NCBI RefSeq assembly: GCF_006345805.1
Contig: NC_043008.1
Location: forward strand, 75,206,001 to 75,270,000
DNA from: Octopus sinensis
Lineage: Eukaryota
Reading direction: 5' to 3'
DNA length: 64,000 nucleotides
The notes under the pieces are model-generated. The model searched no databases. It saw only the letters and a list, made by a program, of their open reading frames with translations, and was not told where the DNA came from. Below, one piece after another: positions 1 to 11,231 of the stretch. Both the position numbers and the translations under genes were made by a program. Position 1 is the stretch's first letter, and every line of letters starts with the position of its first letter.

Positions 1-811
1 TTTCCAAAAATGTTCTTACATTAATTAATCGAATATATTATAGCTAGTTAAAGGGCAGAAATAAATAGGATGGCTTACTATGAATGCTGCAGACTAGAAG
101 AGCTTTCCTGTGATTTTATTTCCCTTGTACCATTTGCTTTTTAGGGTGAGCCTTTAACTTCTGATGGAGTCATAGGGGAGTCGTTATGATACACTATACA
201 CCAGTGTCATCTATCTAGTGTGGTTGTGTGTCAATATCTTCTGTATCTCCAGTTAATGACTTACATGCGTACAAGAAGATGTAAAGTGTCACTTAGGAAA
301 GGCAATAGGTAGATATTTCCTAATTATTATCGCTTCCCAACTGGAAATTGAACAGAATATTGAAGACAGATTGTAGAATATTACAGATAATTCAATCATC
401 AAATTGGTTGACTTAAATTTTAGTCTACAAAGTAAACTGGTTTTAGTATACATAGGTAAACTGATGCAAATTCCATTTCTGATTTCTGTTTTATTGCGAA
501 TTATACTTTGACGCTCGACTGACTCTTTAAATTGATCACAGTAATTAAACGAGATAAACTTCTTCATAGACAAAAGCGTAGGCCCCAATATTAAAATTTC
601 ATTTCATTCATCATGTTAATGTGACCGAGATATTTCACCGACGATTTACCATCGTTTATTAAAGCAGATCAATATCCTACGTACTGAAATCGATAGAGTT
701 TCTCATACAATTGGTCCTACATATCGTAATAAGAGATGAGGTAAATATGTATTACTGCTTGAGCTAAATAAATAAGAAATAAATAATTATACGCTTTCCA
801 AAAGCAGTACC

Positions 812-1130
812 CACACGTCACTACAATAACTAAGAAACTATAATAGCCACGTCACCACATATCTAGTCACTACTATATGCTCATCACTACAATAACCATG
901 TGACTATAATAACCACTTCACTAAAGCAGTCACCCTACTACAACCAGGTCATTATGACAACCATGTCACAGCAGTAACTACGTTATTACAACTATAATAC
1001 TGCATTAATTATAATAACCATTTCAGCATATCAGTCCATAGCAATAACCACATCAGTGCAAATAAGCATTCCACTACATTAAACATAGCATTACAATAAT
1101 GATTTCTCTGCAACAACTATATTAATGCAA
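812..1130. repeat. Degenerate ~17-18 bp minisatellite (unit like catgtcactacaataac)
   Basis: Recurring cacgtcactacaataac / catcactacaataacc / catgtgactataataacc motifs; boundaries approximate. Confidence 0.4.
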
Positions 1131-1889
1131 CGAAGAAACACTTCAATGATTAGGCTGAATTCAACAACCAGACTAGCTTCACTAGATGTGGCCTAACTTT
1201 GATAGAGAGCTGAGAATGAAATAAAAATAATAACTCACAGTTTAGTAAAACAATGACGAAGAGAGATATAGCAAGTTTCATGGTGCAGCTTCTACAATTG
1301 GTACCTAGTTGCAACTGCAAACTACTCTAAAAATCTTGCATTTATAAAGAATCTTTGTCTTGCATTCTATAGTTCCCGTGTGATACAGAAAAGCTGTTAG
1401 TTTGTTATTATTTGTTAAGATAATGACCAATGTAGAGTATTTTTCATCTCTAAATATTGAAAAGTACCAAATGGTAGATGTTAACTTAATTCTTTTTTCT
1501 TGTAAGCGTAATACCAGTCAAGAGTATTGTTGTTCCAAGTATTAGTTTGACGTGAATGATCACCACTATAACGAAAACTATTAGGTTAAGTTGTATACAT
1601 TAGGTTAAGTTTATTTACTTACTGTATTCGAAGCCTATTATTATTGTCATTGTTGTTATTTTTGTTGCTGTTATGATTGATTAGCATACCCTTCACGTCA
1701 TAGGTATCTGCATGAGTTCAGATTGATAATACTATTGAATGAATATTTGACAATTAAAACTCGTTCAATAGCAAAATGAAGAATTACTAAAACGACATAA
1801 ATGAAACCATATTGTATTTTCCTTTTCAAATGTCATAAAGAACATACTTAACACTCAGTGAGATGCACAAATACACGCGCACGCACTCG

Positions 1890-2001
<112 letters not shown>

Positions 2002-2810
2002 GCACAAGTAAATACGCACACATAGACATTGATAAAACTGCATCCGGAAGTTAGGTTCCATCTTCAAACTCAGAGGATTCTTCGTGACTTGTTCAGTTCC
2101 GGACTGACTACAAATCTCAAATAAGGCAAATATTTGGATACCTATGACACTAAGACATCTACATACCAAGGACGATATCACTACTACATATCTGGGGCAG
2201 TAGCACTGATACAGACACACTGTTCTTAAAACTTATTCAAAAGAGACTAATCAACGAAGTAGTAAGAGTTCACTCACCAACGAAGTTTTATAGAGGATTA
2301 TAGATACGTAGAATCTTCCCTTTGACTTTTCTAAATATATTAACAGTTTCTCTTCCTCACAGTCATATTGTTTCTGAGTACCGCCATATACAACCACTTG
2401 CTGTGTAGGTTTTTTTGTCTCTAACCACTCTCACATTCAACTATACTTCTTTTCGTCGACAAATATATTATCGAATTGTTTCCATTATGACACTACCATA
2501 TCATTTCTACAGACATCCAACCATGCATGTTGAAATTAAACACTAACCGCAAAAGAAACCAAAGAAAAAAAAAACGAAAAAAAAATGACGCTGGGAAGGT
2601 TAAAGGCAGTGCACACCCTCCCTAACGAAATCATAAAACAACAAATATTGATGATATGAGTGAGAGATATACTGATTAACTGATAGATTGGTTATTGATT
2701 TCTATATCAAAAGAAGCTTGTGAAAGAGAGTATGACTTAATAAATTGAGAATATATGTGAATATATCATACATACATGCATCCACACATCAATACAAATA
2801 CTTATGGAAA

Positions 2811-2860
2811 CACACACACATGTATGTGCATATATATATATACACATATATATATATAAT

Positions 2861-2922
<62 letters not shown>

Positions 2923-3016
2923 ACATGTATGTTTATATAAATATACATGTAAATATATATGTACGTATATGTACAAGTGTGAGTGTATGTATGTATATAA
3001 ATATATATATATATAT
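2811..3016. repeat. Compound (TA)n/(CA)n microsatellite
   Basis: Direct inspection. Confidence 0.9.
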
Positions 3017-3895
3017 AGTGGGAGGTGAAAGTGGATATGGTGGTAGTAGGGCAGTCAATTCTCTATGCAAACCAAGGAAGTTTATAATTCAAATGGTATT
3101 TTTGAAATTTCTGATAGTATACGTCGACAGCAACATCCTAGAGAAGCGTCAGTGTTTTTCGGAGATGAATGCACAAAGGCATAACATCGGATACCACATT
3201 GCATCCCATCCAAACTCTCACGATTCTGCGAATATACCCTCAAAGAAAAAATTACCCTTTCAGACTGCATACTACACTGAAGCTTCCGTATTTAATCGAA
3301 AGTAAAGGCGTCTATATTTGAGGGCATAAGAGAGTAAGGTTATGTGATCCACCAGGGAACTTCAGTAGTTGAAGCACCAACTAGACAACAAACTTCTGCT
3401 AGGAAATCAGGGCGAAACTTGGTACAGGAATATTAAGCCTTGAAGTCACTGAATAAAATTTCAGTCCAAAACCAAAAATTCAAGCTGAGACTTCTAAAAT
3501 TGTTCGTCTGGCTCAGTAATATTATACGGGAGAGATAGATAGAACACAATGGTAGCTGACAACAAGCGGCTAAAAACGTTCGAGATGACGTGATACAGGC
3601 ATGCACTCCAGAGACTTGAACTGTCCATAGGATGGACAATAGAGACAAGCTGAAAATAGGAATGTATCGGTAAACATAACTGAAAACAGTGATATATTTT
3701 AGCCACCTTAACGGGGCCCAGAAAATCTAGGCTTGCATACCGTTTGATCTGCAGAAGATGAGTTCACAGGATTAAAAGAAATAGCAATAATGCGACGATA
3801 ATATAATCTTGATGAGGCAAGTACCAAGGAGTTGTGGTTATTTGCGAGGCTTTCAACCTCAGCAATAAGGATGGCCATATCATTTATATATACTA

Positions 3896-3983
3896 TGGCT
3901 GTGTAGTTAGAAGCTTGATTTCAAACTACATAGTTCCGGGCTTACCCAGATGCGTGGCATCTTCGGCAAGAGTTTTGTACTAT
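3896..3983 (+). mobile_element. Decayed 5' head of the abundant tRNA-related SINE family
   Basis: tggctgtgtagttagaagcttg...catagttccggg...gcgtggcatcttcggcaag resembles the reverse complement of the heads at 4530-4618 and 51950-52069. Confidence 0.55.
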
Positions 3984-4094
3984 GGTCACATGGCACCAAA
4001 ACCTTGCGAACGGATTTAGTAGACGGACATTGAAAGAAACTCGTCGTATGCACACACACGCGCGCGCACACACACACACATACGTACATATGTA

Positions 4095-4127
<33 letters not shown>

Positions 4128-4200
4128 TGTGCATGTATATATGCGCGCGCGCACACACAAATATATATATATATTCTTTTATTCTCTTATTTCTTTCACT

Positions 4201-4400
4201 CATTTGACTGCGGCCATGCTGGAGTACCACTTTTAGTCGAACAAATCAGCCCCAGGACTTATTCTTTTTAAGCCTAGTACTTATTCTATCAGTTTTTTTT
4301 GCCAATCCGCGAAGTTACGGGGACGTAAACACACCAATATCAGTTGTCAAGCGATGGTGGGTGACAAATACAAGCACACAAACACACACGTATATATATA

Positions 4401-4474
<74 letters not shown>

Positions 4475-4618
4475 TATACACACACAGTTTCCGTCTAATA
4501 AATTCCCTCACAAGTTTTGGTCAGTCCGAGGCTGAAGACATTTGCCCAAGGTGTCACACAGTGCAACTGAACCTGGAACCATGTGGTTGGGAAGCAGTCT
4601 TCTTACCACACAGCCACG
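4201..4618 (-). mobile_element. Bipartite SINE (head + internal TA/TG microsatellite + conserved tail)
   Basis: Near-complete match to the copy at 51654-52069 (ggccatgctggag, cccaggacttattc, aagttacggggacgtaaacacacca, gaaccatgtgg, ttaccacacagcca). Confidence 0.85.
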
Positions 4619-5734
4619 CTTATTCATGATCGCTAGATCGTTGATTCGATTACTGGACCGGGCGCCACCTTGAATTCTTGAGCAAAACACTTCATTTCTG
4701 CGAAAAAAAGTGTGATAGAGCAAACGGTATGTCAGCAGGAATACTTTTTGATAAATCTTCCGGTACTCTGCATTCTGAGTTCAAAACCCACCTGCCTGGA
4801 GAAGTCAATGAGATACTACACCAATATTCATACCAGGTCCAGTTATAGTAGCTGAAGTCCAGTAGTCTAATTATCTGCAGGGGAGGGTACTGCCCTCCCA
4901 GATAGTATAGAGTATGCTGGATAATGTTGACTACTACTATCCTAGCTAAACACACAAGCGCGTACACACCCACATGTAGATTAAAAAAATATAAATAGAA
5001 TAATATGTGTGGGATTTAAAATATTCATTTTTCTACAGCTATTTCAAAAACCATGCGTAACATTTTACCAAAAAATACAATTAAGTAATTAAAATTCTAC
5101 TTAAATTTAATCATAGAATATGTAAGACCTGTACCATCAGAACTATTTACGATTTGAATATAAATAGTAAAGTTCAAAGTGGCTCAAATGATGGTATCCC
5201 CTTCGACTAACATGTTTTTAATTATTTTAATAATAAAAAGTAACGTTGAGCATGATGAACGACCACCTATCACACGAAGTAGAGAAAGAGTAAAAGAGAG
5301 TGAGAAGTACAGAATAAACTTCTGTATTTGACAGGTATTTTATTTATGATCCAGGAAATATGTACACAAAGATGACCAAGGTTTGATTCGAATTCACGAA
5401 GAAGAGTCTCAGAACAAGTAGTGCAACATATTTTCCGACGCCTTATTAATTCTGCTTTTTGGCATTATATATATATATATATATATATGCACACATGTGT
5501 TTATTAATAGAATCGTGCACGTGTATAATGATATGTATTTGCATAAATAGACACATACACAAACAAATATATGGATATGATAAGAAATCAAACAGAAGGA
5601 AGATTCATTTCCATCATGAGATCTATAAAACCCTAGATGTTATGAAATTTACTCGTCATAAAGTTATGATTGATGTTACAAGATACTGCTGATATCAAAG
5701 GGTAAACTAATTGACTTCGATCAGTTCCATTATT

Positions 5735-5900
5735 TTTACAACCGTCATCATCATCATAACTACTACCATCTTCCTCACCACGATTCTACCCCCACCACTT
5801 CCTTCACTTTCTCATCATCAACATCGTCGTCGTCGTCGTCATCATCATCATCAACATCATCATCATCATAATCGTCATTATGCTCACCATCACCAACACT
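5735..5900. repeat. Mixed (CAT)n/(CGT)n/(CAC)n trinucleotide tract
   Basis: Direct inspection; produces poly-His/Asp pseudo-ORFs. Confidence 0.8.
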
Positions 5901-6116
5901 ACAATCAACAGCATCCACATTTGTCACCAAACTGCAAATGTAAGAGTCCGATATCCTCAAGTCATCTGTTTTTTGACACATATTGGTGAGTTGAATATTA
6001 TATATAATATTTTTCATGACTGACTCAATGATAATCCTGATAATAGCGACACAGTCACTTACATACACACACGTATGTAAGTATTCATATGTGTATGTAT
6101 AAGCGTATTGTTTACT

Positions 6117-6168
6117 TACGCCGGTCTAGTGTTACTAAATCTGCAGTTGGTGACACTAGACCGGCGTA
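6117..6168. other. 19-bp GC-rich hairpin with 14-nt loop
   Basis: tacgccggtctagtgttac (6117-6135) pairs with gtgacactagaccggcgta (6150-6168), one G-T wobble. Confidence 0.8.
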
Positions 6169-6347
6169 TACACAGAGAGAAGACCCTTGGCAGGACTTCT
6201 TAATGCTAAAAAGTGTAGTTAATCCCAAACCAGAAAATAGTTCTAAAGGTACGCCGATAATGGCACTAGAACGAATAAAAGTAAAAAATTATTAGTTAAT
6301 CCCATACACAAGTTTCCCTATTTACGAGCAAATAAATTAATTTGTTA

Positions 6348-6411
6348 TGGCGTAGTGGTTAAGAGCGCGGTCTACTAACCCCAAGATTCCGAGTTCGATT
6401 CCAGGCAGCGA

Positions 6412-6415
<4 letters not shown>
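6348..6415 (+). mobile_element. tRNA-derived SINE head (Pol III A and B boxes)
   Basis: A-box TGGCGTAGTGG 6348-6358, B-box GAGTTCGATTCC 6391-6402; no complete acceptor stem, runs directly into (AAT)n. Confidence 0.75.

Positions 6416-6492
<77 letters not shown>
6416..6492. repeat. (AAT)n microsatellite
   Basis: About 25 perfect units. Confidence 0.95.
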
Positions 6493-6496
<4 letters not shown>

Positions 6497-7327
6497 GGAC
6501 TAAACTAAATGCAAAAGAAATAGACAAAGAAATATCCAAACAATGGTTGAGAAGCTCAGGACTCAAAGCAGAGACAGAAGGATTTTTAATTGCAGCATAA
6601 GACCAAAGCCACCTCACCAGAAATTACCAAAAACATGTAATGAAAAGAAATATAACAAGTAACTGCAGAATATGTGGAGATGGACAAGAAACAATAAATC
6701 ATATTATCTCTGGCTGCCCAGTCCTGGCTAAGAAGGAATATATTCACAGACACGACAGAGTTGGGACCTATATACACTGGAAACTATGCCAACATTATGG
6801 AATAACAACAGAAAAAAGATGGTATAGGCACACACCAGAAAAGGTCACAGAAAACGAGAAAGCAACCATACTCTGGGATATGCCAATACACACAGATAGA
6901 GAAATTAAGGCCAACAGACCAGATATAGTTGTCAGAGATCATGAAGAAAAAAAATGCTTTCCAATTGATGTATCAATACCAGCGGATGACAACGTGTCAC
7001 TAAAAGAAATGGAGAAACTTTCAAAATACAAAGACCTGGAAATAGAGGTAACCAGAATGTGGAATCTAAAAACAGAAACAATTCCTATCATAATAGGTGC
7101 ATTAGGCATGATAAAAAAATATTCAGACAAATACATAACAAAAACACCAGGACTTACAAACACATATAACATACAGAAAATTGCACTACTAGGCACTGCA
7201 CGCATCCTACGCAGAACACTTTCCATACAATAACCATCAGAGCATCACAACAAATCACAGCACATACCCAAGGCACAGAGAGCTGTGCTCGGTAGTGAAG
7301 TGAAAGCACGATATAAAAAATATACTA

Positions 7328-7330
<3 letters not shown>
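6493..7330 (+). mobile_element. 5'-truncated R4/Dong-clade non-LTR retrotransposon (CCHC knuckle + restriction-like endonuclease)
   Basis: Frame from 6493: WLRSSGLKAETEGFLIAA*DQS (in-frame TAA 6598-6600), then ORF 6640-7233 with CRICG..ETINHIISGC, ANRPDIVV..IDVSIP, EKLSKYKDL, IPIIIGALG, QKIALLGTARILRR; short 3' UTR then (AAT)n. Confidence 0.9.
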
Positions 7331-7380
<50 letters not shown>

Positions 7381-7407
7381 TAAAAATAATAATAATAATA
7401 ATAATAA

Positions 7408-7438
<31 letters not shown>

Positions 7439-7500
7439 AAGAAGAAGAAGAAGAAGAAGAAGAAGAAGAAGAAGAAGAAGAGAAGAACAACAACAACAAC
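7331..7500. repeat. Compound (AAT)n-(GAA)n-(CAA)n microsatellite
   Basis: Direct inspection. Confidence 0.95.
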
Positions 7501-7531
7501 CTCGAAAAACCCAAGTTCGAAATTCCCCCAA

Positions 7532-7577
7532 GACACCTGATGAAAGCTGGATGGTATATCAGCCGAAACGTTGTGTT
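7532..7577 (+). ncRNA. Minimal type I hammerhead ribozyme motif in a SINE/Penelope-like tail
   Basis: GACAC-CTGATGA-A-AGCTG(10 nt loop)CAGCC-GAAA-CG-TT-GTGTT: stem I, core 7537-7543, stem II, GAAA 7565-7568, palindromic mini stem III (AACGTT); predicted cleavage after 7572. The stem II closing pair A7545-C7564 is a mismatch. Confidence 0.6.
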
Positions 7578-7699
7578 AAAAACAAACAACATGAGGACAA
7601 ATATCCGTCAAATGTAAATAATGTAAATAATGTACATAATTCCTAATCCCTTAAATATAGAAGGGGATACAAAGAGTTTTTCACAAAGCAATCACGGTG

Positions 7700-8220
7700 A
7701 ACACGTGGAACAAGATCGACAAATATCAAGCAGTGATATTTTGTCGAGGTCACAGCCCATAGAGAACTAGCCCGAAGATTTAGGAAAGCTTTGAAGGAAG
7801 CCGAACTCAACATTAAGATCATTGAAAAGCCAGGGAGCTCCATGAGATCACAACTTTGTAGGACGTACCCATTTGAGAATACCACATGCACCAAAGATAA
7901 TTGTGTGGTATGTAGAACTAAAAATGTAGTCTACAGCATCAGGTGCATATAGAGTGCTTGTAAAGACAAGAACATAATATACATAGATGAGACATCTAGA
8001 AATATTGCGGAAAGACAAATAATATTCGAGACATTCGGAAGACTAAAAAACAGTCCTCCATACCCTACCAACATGCCAAAACCAACATGGAAACACAGTT
8101 GGCCAACTTGACAACCACATTTTATCCAAGCACTCGAAACGACCCAACTCCCAGACAAATATAGGAGCACGTCCTCATAAATAGAGCATCTCCAGTACTA
8201 AATAGGAAATATAAGTAGAA
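7700..8220 (+). mobile_element. Decayed Penelope-like element, GIY-YIG endonuclease region
   Basis: Frame from 7740: FVEVTAHRELARRFRKAL..IKIIEKPG..CTKDNCVVCRTKNVVYSIRC*..IIYIDETSRNIAER, later RQI*EHVLINRASPVLNRK; VVY...YI(G/D)ET motif with stop codons. Confidence 0.65.
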
Positions 8221-8276
8221 GGCAGTCATATCCAGATACCCACAGTTCATATATGCACAGGTAGAGTTGTTATGTA

Positions 8277-8318
<42 letters not shown>

Positions 8319-8319
<1 letters not shown>

Positions 8320-9262
8320 CTTAACTTAGAATAACTTAGAAAGGTTTTGGCCAGTATTGGCCCAGGCCATGTCTAACTTAATAGCACCACCTGGTGAAGT
8401 CTTTCAGTTCAGGATTTGGGCACCAAGGCCCATTCGAGCAGAGAGTTATTGTTTGCGGAGACATATCCGGGTGTGGGTGGTTTGTCCGGTACTGCTTGAA
8501 GGAATTTGTCCAAAGACTTCTTGAATTTTGTGTGGTCAGTTTCTTTTTTGACGTGCCCTGGTGTAATGTTGAAGAGAGCAGGTCCAATTGAGGTGAAATA
8601 GTTGTGCCGTATTGTCGTTATGTGATGCGATTTAGATTTTTGTTGTGGACGGATGGCACGTGGTCCAAGCCTTGGATGCATTTTGAAGGTGATGCCAACA
8701 TCATTCGAACAGTGCTGGTGGAATATTTTCCACATCATACAGATAATGTAGCGTTCACGGCGTCGTTGGAGTGAATACAATTTCAGCTTCTCTAGTCTAC
8801 CCCAGTAGTCAAGGTCTGACATGCCATCTATCTTTTTTGTGATTGACCTTTGGGGAGCTTCAATTCTCATAATATTTTGTTTTGTGTAGGGAGACCACAG
8901 TGGACAGCAGTATTCAAGGTGGGGTCGGGCAAAAGTGGAGAAGAGAAGGATAATAGCGCGGGAATCTCTCGACTGGAAGGTTCTGAGAATCCAGGAACAC
9001 ATTCTGCGGGCCATGTCAACTTTGCTGCTTATATGTGTAGCCCAGCTTATGTTGTTGTCCACTGTTACTCCCAGGTCTCTGATGTTGTTGGATGCCATGA
9101 GAATTTCTCCAGAAGGAAGAGAGTATGGGAGTTTCAGAGCGTCCTCCCTTCCAAAGTGGATCAGTTCAAATTTGTCTTCATTTAGCAACATGTTATTCTT
9201 TTCCGCCCATTGGACAACAGCCAGTCGGTCTGACTGAAGGTTTATTCGGTCATCCACGCCGA
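8319..9262 (-). mobile_element. CR1-like LINE 3' fragment, copy 1 (RT C-terminal region + 3' UTR)
   Basis: ORF 8409-9257: LQSD..WAEKNNMLLNEDK, IRDLGVTVD, RPHLEYCCPLWSP, LYSLQRRRER; ctaagtt-type tail repeats; both ends in (TA)n. Confidence 0.85.
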
Positions 9263-9298
9263 ATATATATATATATATTATATATATATATATATATA

Positions 9299-10240
9299 AC
9301 TTAACTTAGAATAACTTAGAAAGGTTTTGGCCAGTATTGGCCCAGGCCATGTCTAACTTAATAGCACCACCTGGTGAAGTCTTTCAGTTCAGGATTTGGG
9401 CACCAAGGCCCATTCGAGCAGAGAGTTATTGTTTGCGGAGACATATCCGGGTGTGGGTGGTTTGTCCGGTACTGCTTGAAGGAATTTGTCCAAAGACTTC
9501 TTGAATTTTGTGTGGTCAGTTTCTTTTTTGACGTGCCCTGGTGTAATGTTGAAGAGAGCAGGTCCAATTGAGGTGAAATAGTTGTGCCGTATTGTCGTTA
9601 TGTGATGCGATTTAGATTTTTGTTGTGGACGGATGGCACGTGGTCCAAGCCTTGGATGCATTTTGAAGGTGATGCCAACATCATTCGAACAGTGCTGGTG
9701 GAATATTTTCCACATCATACAGATAATGTAGCGTTCACGGCGTCGTTGGAGTGAATACAATTTCAGCTTCTCTAGTCTACCCCAGTAGTCAAGGTCTGAC
9801 ATGCCATCTATCTTTTTTGTGATTGACCTTTGGGGAGCTTCAATTCTCATAATATTTTGTTTTGTGTAGGGAGACCACAGTGGACAGCAGTATTCAAGGT
9901 GGGGTCGGGCAAAAGTGGAGAAGAGAAGGATAATAGCGCGGGAATCTCTCGACTGGAAGGTTCTGAGAATCCAGGAACACATTCTGCGGGCCATGTCAAC
10001 TTTGCTGCTTATATGTGTAGCCCAGCTTATGTTGTTGTCCACTGTTACTCCCAGGTCTCTGATGTTGTTGGATGCCATGAGAATTTCTCCAGAAGGAAGA
10101 GAGTATGGGAGTTTCAGAGCGTCCTCCCTTCCAAAGTGGATCAGTTCAAATTTGTCTTCATTTAGCAACATGTTATTCTTTTCCGCCCATTGGACAACAG
10201 CCAGTCGGTCTGACTGAAGGTTTATTCGGTCATCCACGCC

Positions 10241-10242
<2 letters not shown>
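9299..10242 (-). mobile_element. CR1-like LINE 3' fragment, copy 2 (tandem duplicate, 980-bp period)
   Basis: Every ORF in the track recurs with identical translation at +980 (8409/9389, 8850/9830, 8935/9915, 8378/9358). Confidence 0.85.
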
Positions 10243-10285
<43 letters not shown>

Positions 10286-10413
10286 GGTAGGTACATAGGT
10301 ATATATATATATATATATATATATGTAGGTAGGTACATAGGTAGTACGGACAGACAAGTTCACACACACATAGACAAATGAAGACTGGAAGACATGACCA
10401 TATACACACACGC

Positions 10414-10485
<72 letters not shown>

Positions 10486-10487
<2 letters not shown>

Positions 10488-11004
10488 TGATAAATGCCCT
10501 GATGGCTTCTGATCTTAACTGATTGGAAGTGCTATCATGTACATTGTTTTGTCTTGGTATAAAAGATGGGCTACAGCAAAAATTCTATTCAATATCTCAG
10601 AATTGCTTGTCAGTTGTTTGACCTTAACCAGTTGACCACGTCCCTTAGTGACTGACGATATGTACATCTCTCATCACGAGCAGATGTATTGGGGGAGCAG
10701 CATAGCCATGTAGTGAGCGGGATTCTTTGGGGTTTCAATAATTCACCTTTGGAAACATGGGTGTTTCGTTCAACATCCTTAAACAACCCTTATTCAGGGA
10801 CCTTTTGAGCGAGATGGGTTACTGGAACTGGGCCCCACCTGCAAGGTCATGTGCTTTTTATCTTGATATGAGATCACCATGTCGTGCACATATGGTTGTG
10901 ATGCATATACCTGGTGTACCCTTATCAGATAGGTAGTCATGATGTGTATACTGGGCTTCGTAATTTTACCCCAGTGTTACTTTGATGGCATGAGCTGCTC
11001 TCTC
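10486..11004. mobile_element. Non-coding ~520-bp repeat element embedded in (AAT)n
   Basis: Higher-complexity, more GC-rich block bounded by (AAT)n at 10418-10485 and 11005-11065; no long ORF. Confidence 0.5.
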
Positions 11005-11017
11005 AATAATAATAATA

Positions 11018-11066
<49 letters not shown>

Positions 11067-11100
11067 TTTGAAATTTACCATGGTGGAATATACCGAGGTG

Positions 11101-11231
11101 GAATCCACTCATAAGGCTTTGGTCGACCCGAAGCTATAGAAGAAGACACCTGCGGAAGGTGCCATGCAGTGCGACTGAAGCCGGAACCATGTGATTTAGG
11201 AATAAGGTACATACCACACAATCACGCCTGC
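11101..11231 (-). mobile_element. SINE head fragment (same family as 51654-52069)
   Basis: aaggctttggtcgacccgaagctatag..gaagacac..gaaccatgtg..taccacaca. Confidence 0.7.

Noticed and set aside
3037-3460. Higher-complexity block as exon or TE ORF
   Set aside because: No recognisable motif in any frame; left unassigned.
6348-6415. Functional tRNA gene
   Set aside because: A and B boxes present but no acceptor stem, cloverleaf or T-run terminator; treated as a SINE head.
9389-10411. 340-aa ORF as a host gene
   Set aside because: N-terminal extension is read-through of TA/CA microsatellite; the rest is LINE RT C-terminus.
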